A DNA stretch of 64,000 bases, taken from the NCBI GenBank assembly GCA_002633005.1, contig NMRA01000055.1, forward strand, positions 62,001 through 126,000, written 5' to 3'. A program made the translations under genes and the position numbers. Each line of letters starts with the position of its first letter. Position 1 is the stretch's first letter. The stretch comes from Phoronis australis (Eukaryota > Animalia > Phoronida). Shown here in pieces: positions 37,292-49,045 of the stretch. The notes under the pieces were generated by a model. It searched no databases and was not told the origin of the DNA. It was given only the letters and a program-made list of their open reading frames with translations.

Positions 37292-40200
37292 TTGACAACC
37301 TGCAGTTAACTCCAAAGCTCAAAGACGCCATGTGTGCCTTTATTTTTTGTTGTATCGCCACGTGATGGCCCAAAATGTCGAGGTTCTTTTTCTGTCTGGT
37401 AACCTTAAAGTCTTTCTCTCAAACTGCCCATGTGGTTTCAGTATCCGAAAATACATACTGCATAAAATCTTATTTTCGAAACCCTTTCTTTACATTCTTT
37501 TCGCCTTTCTTGCCAAAAGCGATTTTTTAACAGTATTTGATCCTTCTCTGTGAGCGTATAATTACCGGCTGTCATCGGTTATTTTCGTACCCACATTTCC
37601 GGCTCATCAGTTCAGAAACTTGTCCTGAACGCCGCCATTTTTTCCTTGTAACTGAATGTGCTATGGCTTGCTCGAAAAGTCTTCATTATTTTGTTTTATT
37701 AGTAACATCTCGTGATTCGTTTGCATATGTAGTGTATTTATAGTTTGTAGTAAGAGGTCGTTGAATTTTTTTGGAATGTTACGCGTACTTAGTATTTTTA
37801 AAATAGCATTGGTGTTAAGTTCCTTACGTAGGCCGGTCGAACCTAGGAACCAATATGGGTCGAACCAATTTTTTTTCGGTTTTATTTTTTTTCTCGTTTT
37901 GAAAAAGTACTTTGCTATCATCGGAAAGGTAGTACATTCTATTCAGTAAAAAACGAAAAAGTATCAAAATCGGGGCAAGCAGTTTAAAGTTATTGCAAGT
38001 TTTGTGGCGAAATTTGGGTCATTTTGTTTAGATCGCGTCGGCCATATTGGAGGACAGCGGGATAAGTTACTAGTTTAAAACTTTGTGTAAATTGTTTTCG
38101 CCAACAAATTACGGTGAAATTTAGTTAGACATATCTTTACTTACTATTCTGCACGATTTAACAGTATTCACTAAATTTCAGCCTCGCAGTTGTTACTTAT
38201 TAAGTGATAAATGTGCTCACAATTCCCGTTGGACTTCGTCTCATTTCTGGCGGCACCGATAACATGGCGACTTTTGCTGAACTGAAAGGCATGTTCAATC
38301 GGCTACTTTGTAATTTGTAAAGATTTAACGTTGATACATTTTGACAAACGTTGCTACAAAAAAAGAAACTTTGTTCAATTTTCGTGTTTTTGTGCAAAAA
38401 ATATAAGATATATTCGAATTATTCTACTGTAAATTTCCCATTCAGGTGATCTTACACTAAGCTAAAAAATAGTTGAAATAATTTTGAAATGGTTTTTTGT
38501 TTAACTGTCAACTGCTGTTCAAGACTTGATTCGGTGTCACAAAATGATTCATATTTTTCTAACTTTTAAGTCTCAATTACTTTCAAGTCATGTTTTGTAA
38601 CTTATTGCTTCTTAATTCAGGTTATCAAGTCAACAATATGAATAATCTTAATTTGAGAAATAAGCTTTGTTGGATTGTGAAGCTTCAAGCCTCTAATTCT
38701 TGTTCCTTGCAACTTCATATTTTTTTAAATGATGCTTGTCAAATTCTGGTGTAAGTAAACACTATTCCGTCACCATGGTAATAGTTACATGTATGTCCAC
38801 TTTCATACCATGGAAATTGTTGCTGTTGAATAGTGTTTGTAATGCTAAATGCTGTAAAGTATTGTGCATTTTAAGTTACTTATTATTTTAAAAGTTTGAA
38901 TCATTTTGGGTTAATGAATGAAAAATGATAACATGTTGTATTGGACTTGTCATACTTATGTGCTCGAACGAGCCCCCTTTTTGGAGAACTGGAAAAAGGT
39001 CTGCCTCAGTCACAGAAGCACGAATTCCGAAAAAAGTAGAAAATGAGACAATATTTCACTAGAAGACAGGAAGTACCAAAATTTAGAGTCTGCAATTCAT
39101 AGCTCTGAACATACCCACTGAATCTTATAGTAAAAGATAGACATTCCCAAAAATTCCAGCCCCCCATTCTTTTAGGCTTTGTGCGCTCAAACAAAGTCTG
39201 GGAAAATCTCTATTGAAAGCCAACAACTTTGCACAGTTCGCCAGAAGTACCCAAGTTCTAAATAAACCTCGTTTGAGCGAGCGCTGGGGCCAGCGACCAG
39301 TTAGGCCTAAGGGCAGCCTTGGCGCGAAGCTGTGCAGGCCTACTAACAAGCTGTATTTTGACGATAGTTTTCACTGGTAGCTGGTGACTTAGGCTAACTA
39401 AGGTCTGCCGCAGCAGTGTGACACAGGACTAACCAGCCCGTAATTTCATGCAAGTGTATGAAACTACCCTTGAATATATGCAGCATTTATGATTTGACCA
39501 TTTTACTTCGACAAAACAGCTTGCAACCGCATGCATTTACCGTTCGCCAGTGTCTGGTCTCGATCCGCACCGGGTCTGATAGGCTGCGGTCCCGAGTCTT
39601 GCAAAATAATTTCTGTCAAAATTTATTCGCCACATTTCTTCAGCAAATTCGATAAAATTGTCCGTAGTTTGATTTTATTAAAATTAAGGCGCGCTGTCGA
39701 TTATTTTATCCCCGTTTACTGGCTGGTAACAGTACAGGCACTGCTCCAGTCGCTCTGACGGCGTTTTCTCGGCCTGGGTTCCTGAATGAATTGTACTTCC
39801 GGGTTCGCGGCAAGTTCAAAATGCGGTGGTTCTTCGGGTGCGAATCGTGAGTGGCGCGTTCATTTAAACTTTTTTCGAGCACAGATCTTGTATTAGTTAT
39901 GGGGTAAGTATTTCTTGGATTCTTATAACATCCTCTAACCTTGTAATAAGGGTTAACAACGCGTGAGAGAAGGGCTTTCAATAGATCATAGGTTTCTGAT
40001 TTACATTGCATCTGCGAAAACGCACTGATTCATAGACAATTTTGGAAGTTAGGAGCTCAATGTTGCAAGACAGCGATTGATAGTGTTTCAGTGAACAGAG
40101 ATGCAGGCTGAAAGCCTGTATTTTCTCTATTATCCACTCTCAAACAACAAAAGGCACTCTTGCATTTAAAAGCAATTCAAAAGGAACTTTCTGTAATTAA

Positions 40201-40498
40201 CGTTTCAATTAATTTTGACGTAGGATAGTTTGATTTGGACAGGTCTAGATCGTCTGTTTCTGCTTTTTCTCTCAAACAACAAGGTTAACACGCCTACGGT
40301 GGAGATGAGAAATGGACGTCGACTACGAGGCAGAATGAACGACAATGGACAAATCTGAACCGGGGAAGGGGTAAAAGTGTGGCAAATGCGAATTAATTTG
40401 TGCCTCTCCACCCCTCCACTCCTCATCCCCTCCTTACTCCCCCACCCCAAATCACGAAAAAGGTGCCTATCTTCCCACGGGCCTGATCCCAGAAGCTA

Positions 40499-41274
40499 CT
40501 ATTTGAGAGATGGCCACAATTTGGTTATGTTATTCATGCAGGTCACACTTTGATTTCTCTTCTGTTTTCGACGAAAGATGTACACTCGAACGGTGTGCTT
40601 GATTCCCTCTCGAAACTGTTTGTTGGTCACTGCGTATATCCACGGGTTGAAGCTTGAGTTACCGTGTGCTATGTACAAGACAACTGCGTGGGCTGTGTGC
40701 GGTAGTATATCAATGAAATCGTAGCTAATGACGATCGCGTAAGGACTCCAAAGAACAACAAGAGCCAAAAAAATCAAAAACAAAGTTTTTGCAAGTCTTG
40801 CAGAGTCTCGCCGCAGTTGTCTTTTCCTATTTTCAGCGTACGTTCCGTTGAATGCAGGCTTGGTTTTGTCTCGTGCCGATTTAGTAAACGTGTAAATCTT
40901 GTAGTAGCAAGCAGAAATAGCGAACACAGGAATTCCCACTCCAGTGAGTCCAAAGGTTAAGGTGACGGAAAATTCACGCGTTCTGTCCCAAATACACGTG
41001 AACGACTTCTTATCGAAGCTATAACCTCCCCATCCAGTCAAAAGGGCTATGGGCACGGCAGCCGCGGTAAGCCATACCAGCGCGCACAAAAGAGCCGTGT
41101 TGCGCATCTTGAAGATGGACATGTAAGTTGAAAAGCGACAGATATGAATGTAGCGGTTCACAGCAATGGCTGCTATAGTGAGAAGCGAACAGTAGCAGCA
41201 TATCAAGCATACGAAGCCAACGAAGTCGCAGAAGATGGAGCTATTGTGATACATGTCTGGTCCTAGAAGAATTC
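40499..41274 (-). CDS. Melatonin-receptor-like class A GPCR, exon 2 (TM3-TM7 and C-tail)
   Basis: tttcag acceptor, phase 1. NRY motif (AIAVNRYIHIC), WSPY, NPWIY and helix 8 NKQFR. TAG at 40499-40501. Joined to exon 1 it gives 344 aa. Confidence 0.88.
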
Positions 41275-41717
41275 CTGAAAATGATAAAAACTCCATCATT
41301 TCCGAAGCATAACAACGATTAATTCTTGAATAATTTAGAACAGACCAGACTGGGCTCGCATACAACTAACAGTTCATTATGATTGCCACATTACCAAGGC
41401 CATAAAATTTCAGATAACGGAATGAACCGAAAATTTATTAAATCGGATCTGAAGAAATAACGAATTGCCAATTCGTTCTGGTCACACAGAATACTTCTAA
41501 ACTCAGTACAGAACAAGACAAGACCGATTTTTAACGGTGAGCGGCATTAGTCAAAACTTGTGTGAATACATTGATTATGCTGCTTAAATATTACGTTTTC
41601 AGAAATTCCGGACAACTGTGCTGGTACTGTCTTTAAAATGGATAGATAGACGAATAATATTCAAAAGCGAACTTTCGAGACGAGCACTCTTCGTTGGCGG
41701 TGTATTGTACTTTCACT

Positions 41718-41879
41718 CACGCAGCACACTTAGAGCGTACTTGTTTCGCAACCAGGATTAGTAATCATTTCCACGCAGCGCACTTAGAGCGTACTTGTTT
41801 CACAACCAGGATTAGTAATCATTTCCACGCAGCGCACTTAGAGCGTACTTGTTTCACAACCAGGATCAGTAATCATTTC
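41718..41879. repeat. 54-bp minisatellite x3 in the GPCR intron
   Basis: cacgcagc(a/g)cacttagagcgtacttgtttc...gtaatcatttc at 41718, 41772 and 41826. Confidence 0.95.
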
Positions 41880-42028
41880 CAATCAAGGATTACAAATACA
41901 TACCATCTTGCTTGCACAAACTAAATTATTAAAACACCCAAGATTTTTTTGTTTTTCCAAAGTCAATGCATACGTTTTCACTATGCGTATTTTTCATAAA
42001 ATGAATGTGAACTATTAAGAGCACTTAC

Positions 42029-42287
42029 CCAGAATATTCATAACATCCACAAATCCACAGATAATCAGATCGGTGACAGCTAGGTTAACGATGAACATGT
42101 TACCCACTTGTCGCAAACTTTTATACGTGAGAACGCTGGCAATAAGTAACAAGTTGCCGATCGTGCCAGAAAGTGACGCCAACGTCAAGCAGGACAAATA
42201 CACCGCGGCCACGAACCGTTCACGCTTTATAAAAGGTACGTAACTAAGTGACTTGTTTTCTAAATTGAATACGACTTCGGACTCCAT
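42029..42287 (-). CDS. Melatonin-receptor-like GPCR, exon 1 (N-terminus, TM1, TM2)
   Basis: ATG at 42287. NKS glycosylation sequon, GTIGNLLLI (TM1 GN), FIVNLAVTD (TM2 LAxxD). gtaagt donor, 259 nt, phase 1. Confidence 0.88.
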
Positions 42288-42622
42288 CTCTGTGAAATCG
42301 TCAGATCCAAAGAAAGCAAGTCATTAGTGATTGCATAGTTATAATCTTAGTACACGTTAGTTGCTATGACTACCCATTTGTGTAAAGCCTAGCTTACATC
42401 GGCTTTCAATTGGAAAGTGAACACAACCAGTAGTAAGCAGGTTATCGACAACTGAGAGCAACTGACGGGATGTGATCGGATCGGCGAGTTTGGCCGATAT
42501 GCGTCTTCTTACCACTGACGGCGTATAGCTCATCGCTCTGGTGTAGTCAGTTGCACATGATCTACTTTCTCGCCACCAGTTCCACTCAGTTTCGGTGGTC
42601 TGCCCTGTTGTACGCCTCGCTG

Positions 42623-42910
42623 CAATTGACCTATCGCCAGGATTTCGAGTGACGGCTTAACTGACCAATTAGAACGTAGCATTTTTGAAACACCTTAGTT
42701 TCCAAGCCGCCATTTTATCCGATAAACAACACGTTACTAGGTATATCTTATTGTTTGTTTGTGGACATTTCGCAAGGGGGCGGAGCTTGCGATAGGTCAA
42801 TTGACCTGTCGCCAGGATAATGACTGACGGCTTAACTAACCAATCAGAACGCCGCATTCTTGACACACCTTCGTCTGCGTTTCCAAGCCGTCGTTTTACC
42901 CGACAAACAA
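42623..42910. repeat. Diverged tandem duplication of about 175 bp upstream of the GPCR, probably Harbinger-derived
   Basis: caattgacct(a/g)tcgccagga...gacggcttaact..ccaat.agaacg at 42623 and 42798. The motif gcttgcgataggtcaattg is shared with the region at about 48070. Confidence 0.55.
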
Positions 42911-44156
42911 TGTCGGTGTCGGTAAAGCTTATTTTAGTCTATAGCTCAAAAATTGTGCGATAAGAATGGTGAAACGGTGTTGATATGGCATGTGTACTTC
43001 TGACAGCCGTTATACAGCTCGAGAAGAATATCCCGTCATTTTTTGGGCATTCCGTCAGCCGAAAACTGCTGTCGACTGTGTGAACCATGGATCCAACTGT
43101 GCGGACGGCCACACGACACACCAGCAGCTAACTTTAACAACGTTGCTGGATTACTCGAAGGATAAACATAAGTATATTGTTACAAGATACGTGCTTCTCA
43201 GTTTGGTGGCTGTACTGTAGGATTATCTGATTTTGACTCCGGAGTTTCACTATTGTGGGGGCCTCTGTCTCGGGATCTGCTGGACATCCAAGCTCTAGTC
43301 TAACGGTAGTTCCCGTAAAGTTGTTTTAAAGACATTTTTATTATTTTTCATTTATTTCGACCTATAATGGAAATCGTTCTGTTTCGTAATACAGGTGCAT
43401 TTTTGTTATTCATATACCCATAGGCTGGCCGGCATTCAACTGAACTTTTCACCAAAATTGATAGATTCAATTGGCACATGCTGGGAGGGCACTAGATTAC
43501 TGAACTTGTTCGAGCTGTTGTCACGAAAAAATAAACCTTTGAAGTTGAATTATTTTTTTCAGGAGAACCTTTAGTATACACTTCGCCTGCAGAGTTAAGG
43601 AGAGGTCATTTTGTAGTTGTTCAAACACGATACGTGGATTTATAAAGCTTTAAAAAACAATTTTAGTTATTTTTGTAAATGGCCACTTTTTGACACTACA
43701 CCAGACTTGTCATCTTTTGTTACCACACCACAGCTTAGTGATCATGCTACGTTTAAAATTAAATGCAAACTACTTTTATGCAATGAGACGATCAGAAGCT
43801 GAGGACGCCTGTGGGGGTAACTAGGACTGTCTAGTTTCTCACAATCGCTAAATTACTGATGTACGCGTGGTTAGAAACTGACATGTGCGGAGTCTGCCAG
43901 TTGCCTTGTCGACGTACAACGGGTCTCGCTGGCTGTATCAAAAGTTGTTGTGTGGCATGGCATGACAATAACGTTTAAAAACCGTGCTACATAAGACTAG
44001 TCTAGGCGAGGTGCCAGCAGTAAGTCTAGCCTATTCATAAAGATATAACCAACAAAATTTGTAAATCTTTTTTAGAAAGTACTGCGTCAATAATTATTTC
44101 CACCAGATTACGTTTATTGTATGGGAAACACACGAGGTATCGGGTAATACGCTTAA

Positions 44157-46328
44157 AAGAAAGGTTTCTTTCCTTATGAGTACGCGGTTGGGCAAACTAG
44201 AGGAAACGGCTCTGCCACCTCAAGGCGCTTTTTACAGCTATGAAGGGGGGGTTTAACCGACGACGATTAACGATTACACCCTCTGTCTTAAGGCATAGAA
44301 AGACAACGACATGAAGAGCCTGAAAGATTTTTTGGTGTGGTACAATAACAAAGACACCGGACCCATGCTGGAATCAATACCATGGCAGCATTCTACAGGG
44401 AAAATGACGTCGACCTCTTCAAAGGTGGTACCAGCGTGCCCGGACTGACCATGAAGATTCTCTTCAAAAATATCGGTAACGTATTCTTTACGTTCTTTGA
44501 GGGAAAATACAAAGACTTGTACTATACCTTCAAACTGAATATCTTCGGATGTCCCCGTATTGTTTTCCACAGGTACCACGAAAAAATGACGTGTATACGC
44601 CAATGGGAGATGGAGAATGTGAGAAAAAGACTAAAGATGGTGTCAAAGATTCTGGGTTTCGATGTAAATGCTCTTAACCTTCGCAGCATCATGAACGAGC
44701 AACCGACCGGACCATTTATTCGTCGTAGACAAGAAAACAATTTCCAACAAGAGATTTCCCACCCTAAGGTACAAAAGGCAACTACGTGGTTGGATTACGT
44801 AGCGAGGAAACGCGGAATAAGTATTCGTCACCAGTTCAACGGGGTTAAAAAGGGTGGGTCAGCGTCGTATTCCAGTGGACGGTTTTTGTCGTCAGTTGCA
44901 CAAAATGTTTCAATTTCAAGGATGTTACTGGTACGGCTACGACGGCGGCCGTCTTACGAGAAAAGACGACGAACCTCCGAGGGCAAGGAACGAAACAAGA
45001 AATTTCGCCATGAGTGAGTTTATGGAGAACACCAGAAAGATGAGAGACTATATCATCGATCAAGGCTTCGGTTACGAAGAGATCTGGGTGTGCGAGTTCG
45101 AAGAGGCGGCAAGACGATACCCTACGTTCTTTTCTCAGAAGACAAGAGTTGCTTACGGAACGTTTTTAGAGCTTGACCAGCGAGCAAAACAAAGACATTC
45201 GTTCTAGATGGTACTCTGTTCGGGGTTGTGGAATGTGACATCGAAGTCCCGAGAGAGCACTTTTTAGAAATGCAACCTATATTCAAGAATGTCGACATCA
45301 ACAGAGACGACATAGGAGACTTGATGCGGGAGTATGCCGAGAGAAACAAAAGCATGAGCCTACCACGATGATCTCTGTTGGGTAGTTTCTTCGGCGAGAA
45401 AATTCTTTTGGCATCCCAGCTTCTGAAATGGTTCTTGAAACACGGCCTGAAGATAACAAACTTCTATCAAGTGGTCGAATTCGCTCCCTCAAATGTTTCG
45501 AACGTTTTGTTGAAGAAGTCCGCGACGCTAGGCGGGAAGATAAAAACAAAGCTATTGTAGCGCATACGATGAAGCTCATAGGCGACAGCGCGTATGGTGA
45601 GACGATAGCGAATCAGGAAATGCATCGTGACGTCAAGTAATGCTAAGGTTCAACGGGAGGTCCAGTTCCCGGAATTTAGATATGTCAACTACATCGGGGA
45701 CGGAACCTACGAATTGGAGATGAAAAACAAGACCATCCGCCTGAACCTGTCACTTCAAATAGGCTTCTTTGTCTATCAGAATGCGAAGTTGCGCATGTTG
45801 GAGTTTTACTACGATTTCATGTTAAGATTCGCCGACATATCCGATTTCGAATATTGTGAGATGGACACAGACTCGGCGTACATGATTATATCCGGTAACT
45901 GTCTAGAGGACGTGATTAAACCCGACATGTGAGAAGCTTTCGAGAAGGAAATACATCTCCGGTTTCCGGGAACAGACACGGAAAAAACGATATCTACGAC
46001 ATGCGCACGCCTGGTTTGTTGAAGCTGGAAGTCGAGGTCGACTACTGCATTGCACTTTGCTCTAAAACGTATTACGTGCGGGCGGACGACATTAAATCTC
46101 ATTTTAGCAGTAAAGGAGTACAACAGCAGAGAAATGAAATCGCCATTCGAGGTATCTCAAAGTCCTACAGACTACGAAGAGCAGCTCGGCCTTCAACAGA
46201 GGATTTCGGTTAAGCGACAATAACACCATGTACACCTATTTGTAAGAGAGGTGTGAATTCACCTACTTTTATCCCAAAAGACAGGTGTTCGACGACGGCG
46301 TCACCACTGGACCTTTGAACATATTTAA
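44157..46328 (+). pseudogene. Polinton/Maverick-type protein-primed DNA polymerase B, decayed copy 1
   Basis: Motifs KGFFPYEY, WYNNKD, GFDVNAL, PTGP, VDG..FQFQGCYW, KLIG(D)SAYG, AKLRMLEFYY, CEMDTDSAY, RTPGL.KLE, LCSKTY and YPKR. Many stops and frameshifts. Confidence 0.85.
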
Positions 46329-46401
46329 TTCAGGACATTTAATAACTTACTACTTGTAAAGTCTGATTTTTGTAGTGTAGTTGAATGTACTTTGTTATTA
46401 A

Positions 46402-47700
46402 GAGGCATTATCTGAGAAAACCTGCAAAATTGCAAAATGTTAGCGGAGGCACTTTCATCAATTAAGTTGATACTTTGCACACCAATTTGTACTCACATAT
46501 GAATAACTAAATCACGTCTGTTTTTTATCTGGAGTCATTCTATAAAAAAATAATAAATACCTTCCGTCGTGGTTTTTTTCACACACAGGACAAGAATGTC
46601 CAAAAAGACAAAAAGAATGCCAACACTCACAGAGCTGGAAGCCAGTTTGTGACTTTGAATGATCATAATTAGTGGAATTGAAGCCGTTGCTGTGCTTGGG
46701 AATTAATTTCGTTGAGCATCTGTGTGAATTTGTATTTCATCTCGACTTTTTGTTGACGCACTAAAATTGACCTTCAGTTAGGCCTTGGTTAGGCTTAGTA
46801 AATCCCGAAGTTTTCCGATAGTAGAAGTCCGATTATGAAAAAGAAGTTCCAAATTATATTTAAAAAATGGTGTCTTAGTACAGAAAAAACTTTATTGTTC
46901 ACCTTAATACTATTTGAACTGTGGGATAATTCATCCTTTTTTGACAAGCCGACTTTATTCGGAGGCACTTTCGCATAATTGCCTTGGCAATTATCAGCGA
47001 AGGTCGATGTCACGTGACATACCGAAACTCATCAAATTGCGTATTTTAACAGAAAAAGAGCATAAAATTATAATTTGTCTCTGTATCCTTCTTCATAATG
47101 AATTATGTGTAGAATAAAGTTATATTCAAATAAAATAATAAGAGTTTAACTGAAATTACAACAAGAATTTTAGTTTTGAGAGTACAAGGGAAGGAAGACA
47201 CAAGAATGGCGACCCTTGTGGGTACTTGTTGTTCATTCTCTACAAAATCCACAGTTAATTGTTCTGAAGTCGGGGGTGAAAAGAATCTGACGAGTGTTAT
47301 GAGCTGTGACAGAGATGTTTCCAAATATCTGCGGTACATAAACATTTCGGAGGACGTAACGAAGTGGAAACTTCTGTTGAACAGAGCTGTATTTGACGAG
47401 GGCTCGGCTGATGAACTGACGGTGTGTCCCCTTCATAGGAACAAGTTTGGTGTAGAGTTCTTCCCATCTAAACTCTGTGCCTACCCAGATCATGGAGGGA
47501 AGAAGAAGAGGCGTCCTAAAGCTCCGTGAGGTTGACGCGCAATGAATTTAGCTATGTTATTGTTAGAGGAGATAAGAACTGAGAGAAATGTGATCCTGCC
47601 CGTTGGATCAGGTATGCATTGTTTAATTCTGGATATATGGCAAGATATAGGGTAGAGTGAAAACGTGCATTTTAAAATGTGTCGGTTTTTGATGGTGACC
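46402..47700 (+). mobile_element. 5' part of a Sola3-like DNA transposon with its first transposase exon (47206-47611)
   Basis: TTAA|GAG terminus exactly where homology to the second duplicate ends. Cys-rich N-terminus CSF..C..CDRDV..LLLNRA..VCPLHR..G..CAYPDH..LPVGS|gt, with an in-frame stop. Confidence 0.55.
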
Positions 47701-48154
47701 ACATGGACCGCCGCGCCTGGAGACTTTTTATAGANGATAAATACCCAGCTTTACATGAACATATCGGATCAGTGGCCTTGTCAGTTTTCAGGTGAAGGTG
47801 AACCCCGTGTGGAGTTCTTCGGATTTTCGCTGGCTCCGAAATACTTTTCCTCGAACACTTATTTTTTCATCGTCGCAACTTTACAAATTCCCAAGTCATG
47901 AACGTACGATTCTCAGCTGAAAAGTGCGCCTGTTGTCCTTGTCGAAGCGTTCTCGGAAAGTGCAAAAAACACTCATCGATTCCACCAGGAACGTCGTTTA
48001 GCGACTGTGTATTTGCCTCAGACATCTTGCTTGTTTGTAGGGTGTCAAGTGACTTTTCGCAAGGAGGCGGTGCTTGCGATAGGTCAATTGTTGGTTACCT
48101 TTTAACGACCATGCGATGGTCATGTGACCTAATTTTACACTAAAACACAACAAA

Positions 48155-48310
48155 ATGGCGAATGATGCTTGGACCGATTCTGCGAACGACGCTCTTTCTG
48201 AAATGTGGCGAGAGGAGACAGTGTCTTTTCGACACAAATAGCAAAGCCTACTCCAACAAGGACATGAGAAGAATGACTTTAGAAGAAATGTCATTCCGAA
48301 TGGAAAAATC
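48155..48310 (+). pseudogene. MADF/Myb-like ORF fragment, probably a Harbinger accessory gene
   Basis: aaaATGgcg start, reading MANDAWTDSANDALSEMWREE before decaying. Confidence 0.35.
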
Positions 48311-48425
48311 TGGCAAGTAGTCTATAAACAAGGTATCGTGAGCGCCTCCTAGCGCCTCTTCAATGGTTACAAATCAGTCACTGCAAGTCGCTTTCGATGA
48401 GTGCGCTAACATGACTGGGGGTAAC

Positions 48426-48912
48426 CACAGGCGTCCTCAGCTCCTCATCGTCCCCAATACACTGTATATACTACAAGGTATGTCAATGAGCCCCGCGGAA
48501 CATACCGATTTGTCACGGAAGGTCACGACATCCATAACTCCATTATTCCAAAGATATCTTTGCTTATTCGTAACCGTCCGTGATAAATTGGCAATTACCG
48601 TCCATCTGTAACTCATCGGATAATTCTGTACCGACTCGCGTTGGGCATATTGACAGCACGCAGCGGCTTTTTGGGAAGAATTTTGTGCTTAGACCGCTAA
48701 TTTGTTGCAAACTCACTAGAGCAGGACACTGTAAGTGCTATCAGAAGAAAGAACAATTCCTCATGGTTTGCTGAACCTCTTTTTGTGTAAATTTATTGAG
48801 ATTTGTGTTTGATATGGACGGCTGAAGTGAAGCACCCGTGGAATCCCTTGTCCCTGTTCTAGTATATACCATGTATTGGATTGGAGACGATCAGAAGCTC
48901 AGGACGCCTGTG
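48426..48912. mobile_element. MITE with an 8-bp TSD (P/hAT type)
   Basis: TIR cacaggcgtcctcagct.. / ..agctcaggacgcctgtg, imperfect to about 55 bp. Perfect TSD ggggtaac at 48418-48425 and 48913-48920. Confidence 0.8.
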
Positions 48913-49045
48913 GGGGTAACTATTGCTGTCTAGTTTCTCACAATTGCTAAATTACTGATGTACGCGTGGTTAGAAACTGGCATGTGCGGAGTCTGCCAGT
49001 TGCCTTGTCGACGTACACTTAGCTTAACGGGTCTCGCTGGCTGTA

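Noticed and set aside
41718-41879. CRISPR-like array (also 61283-61405)
   Set aside because: Contiguous tandem units with no unique spacers, eukaryotic context, and no cas genes.
40499-42287. Assigning the symbol MTNR1A or MTNR1B
   Set aside because: NRY is shared, but TM7 is NPWIY rather than NAxxY. Orthology and ligand cannot be established without a phylogeny.
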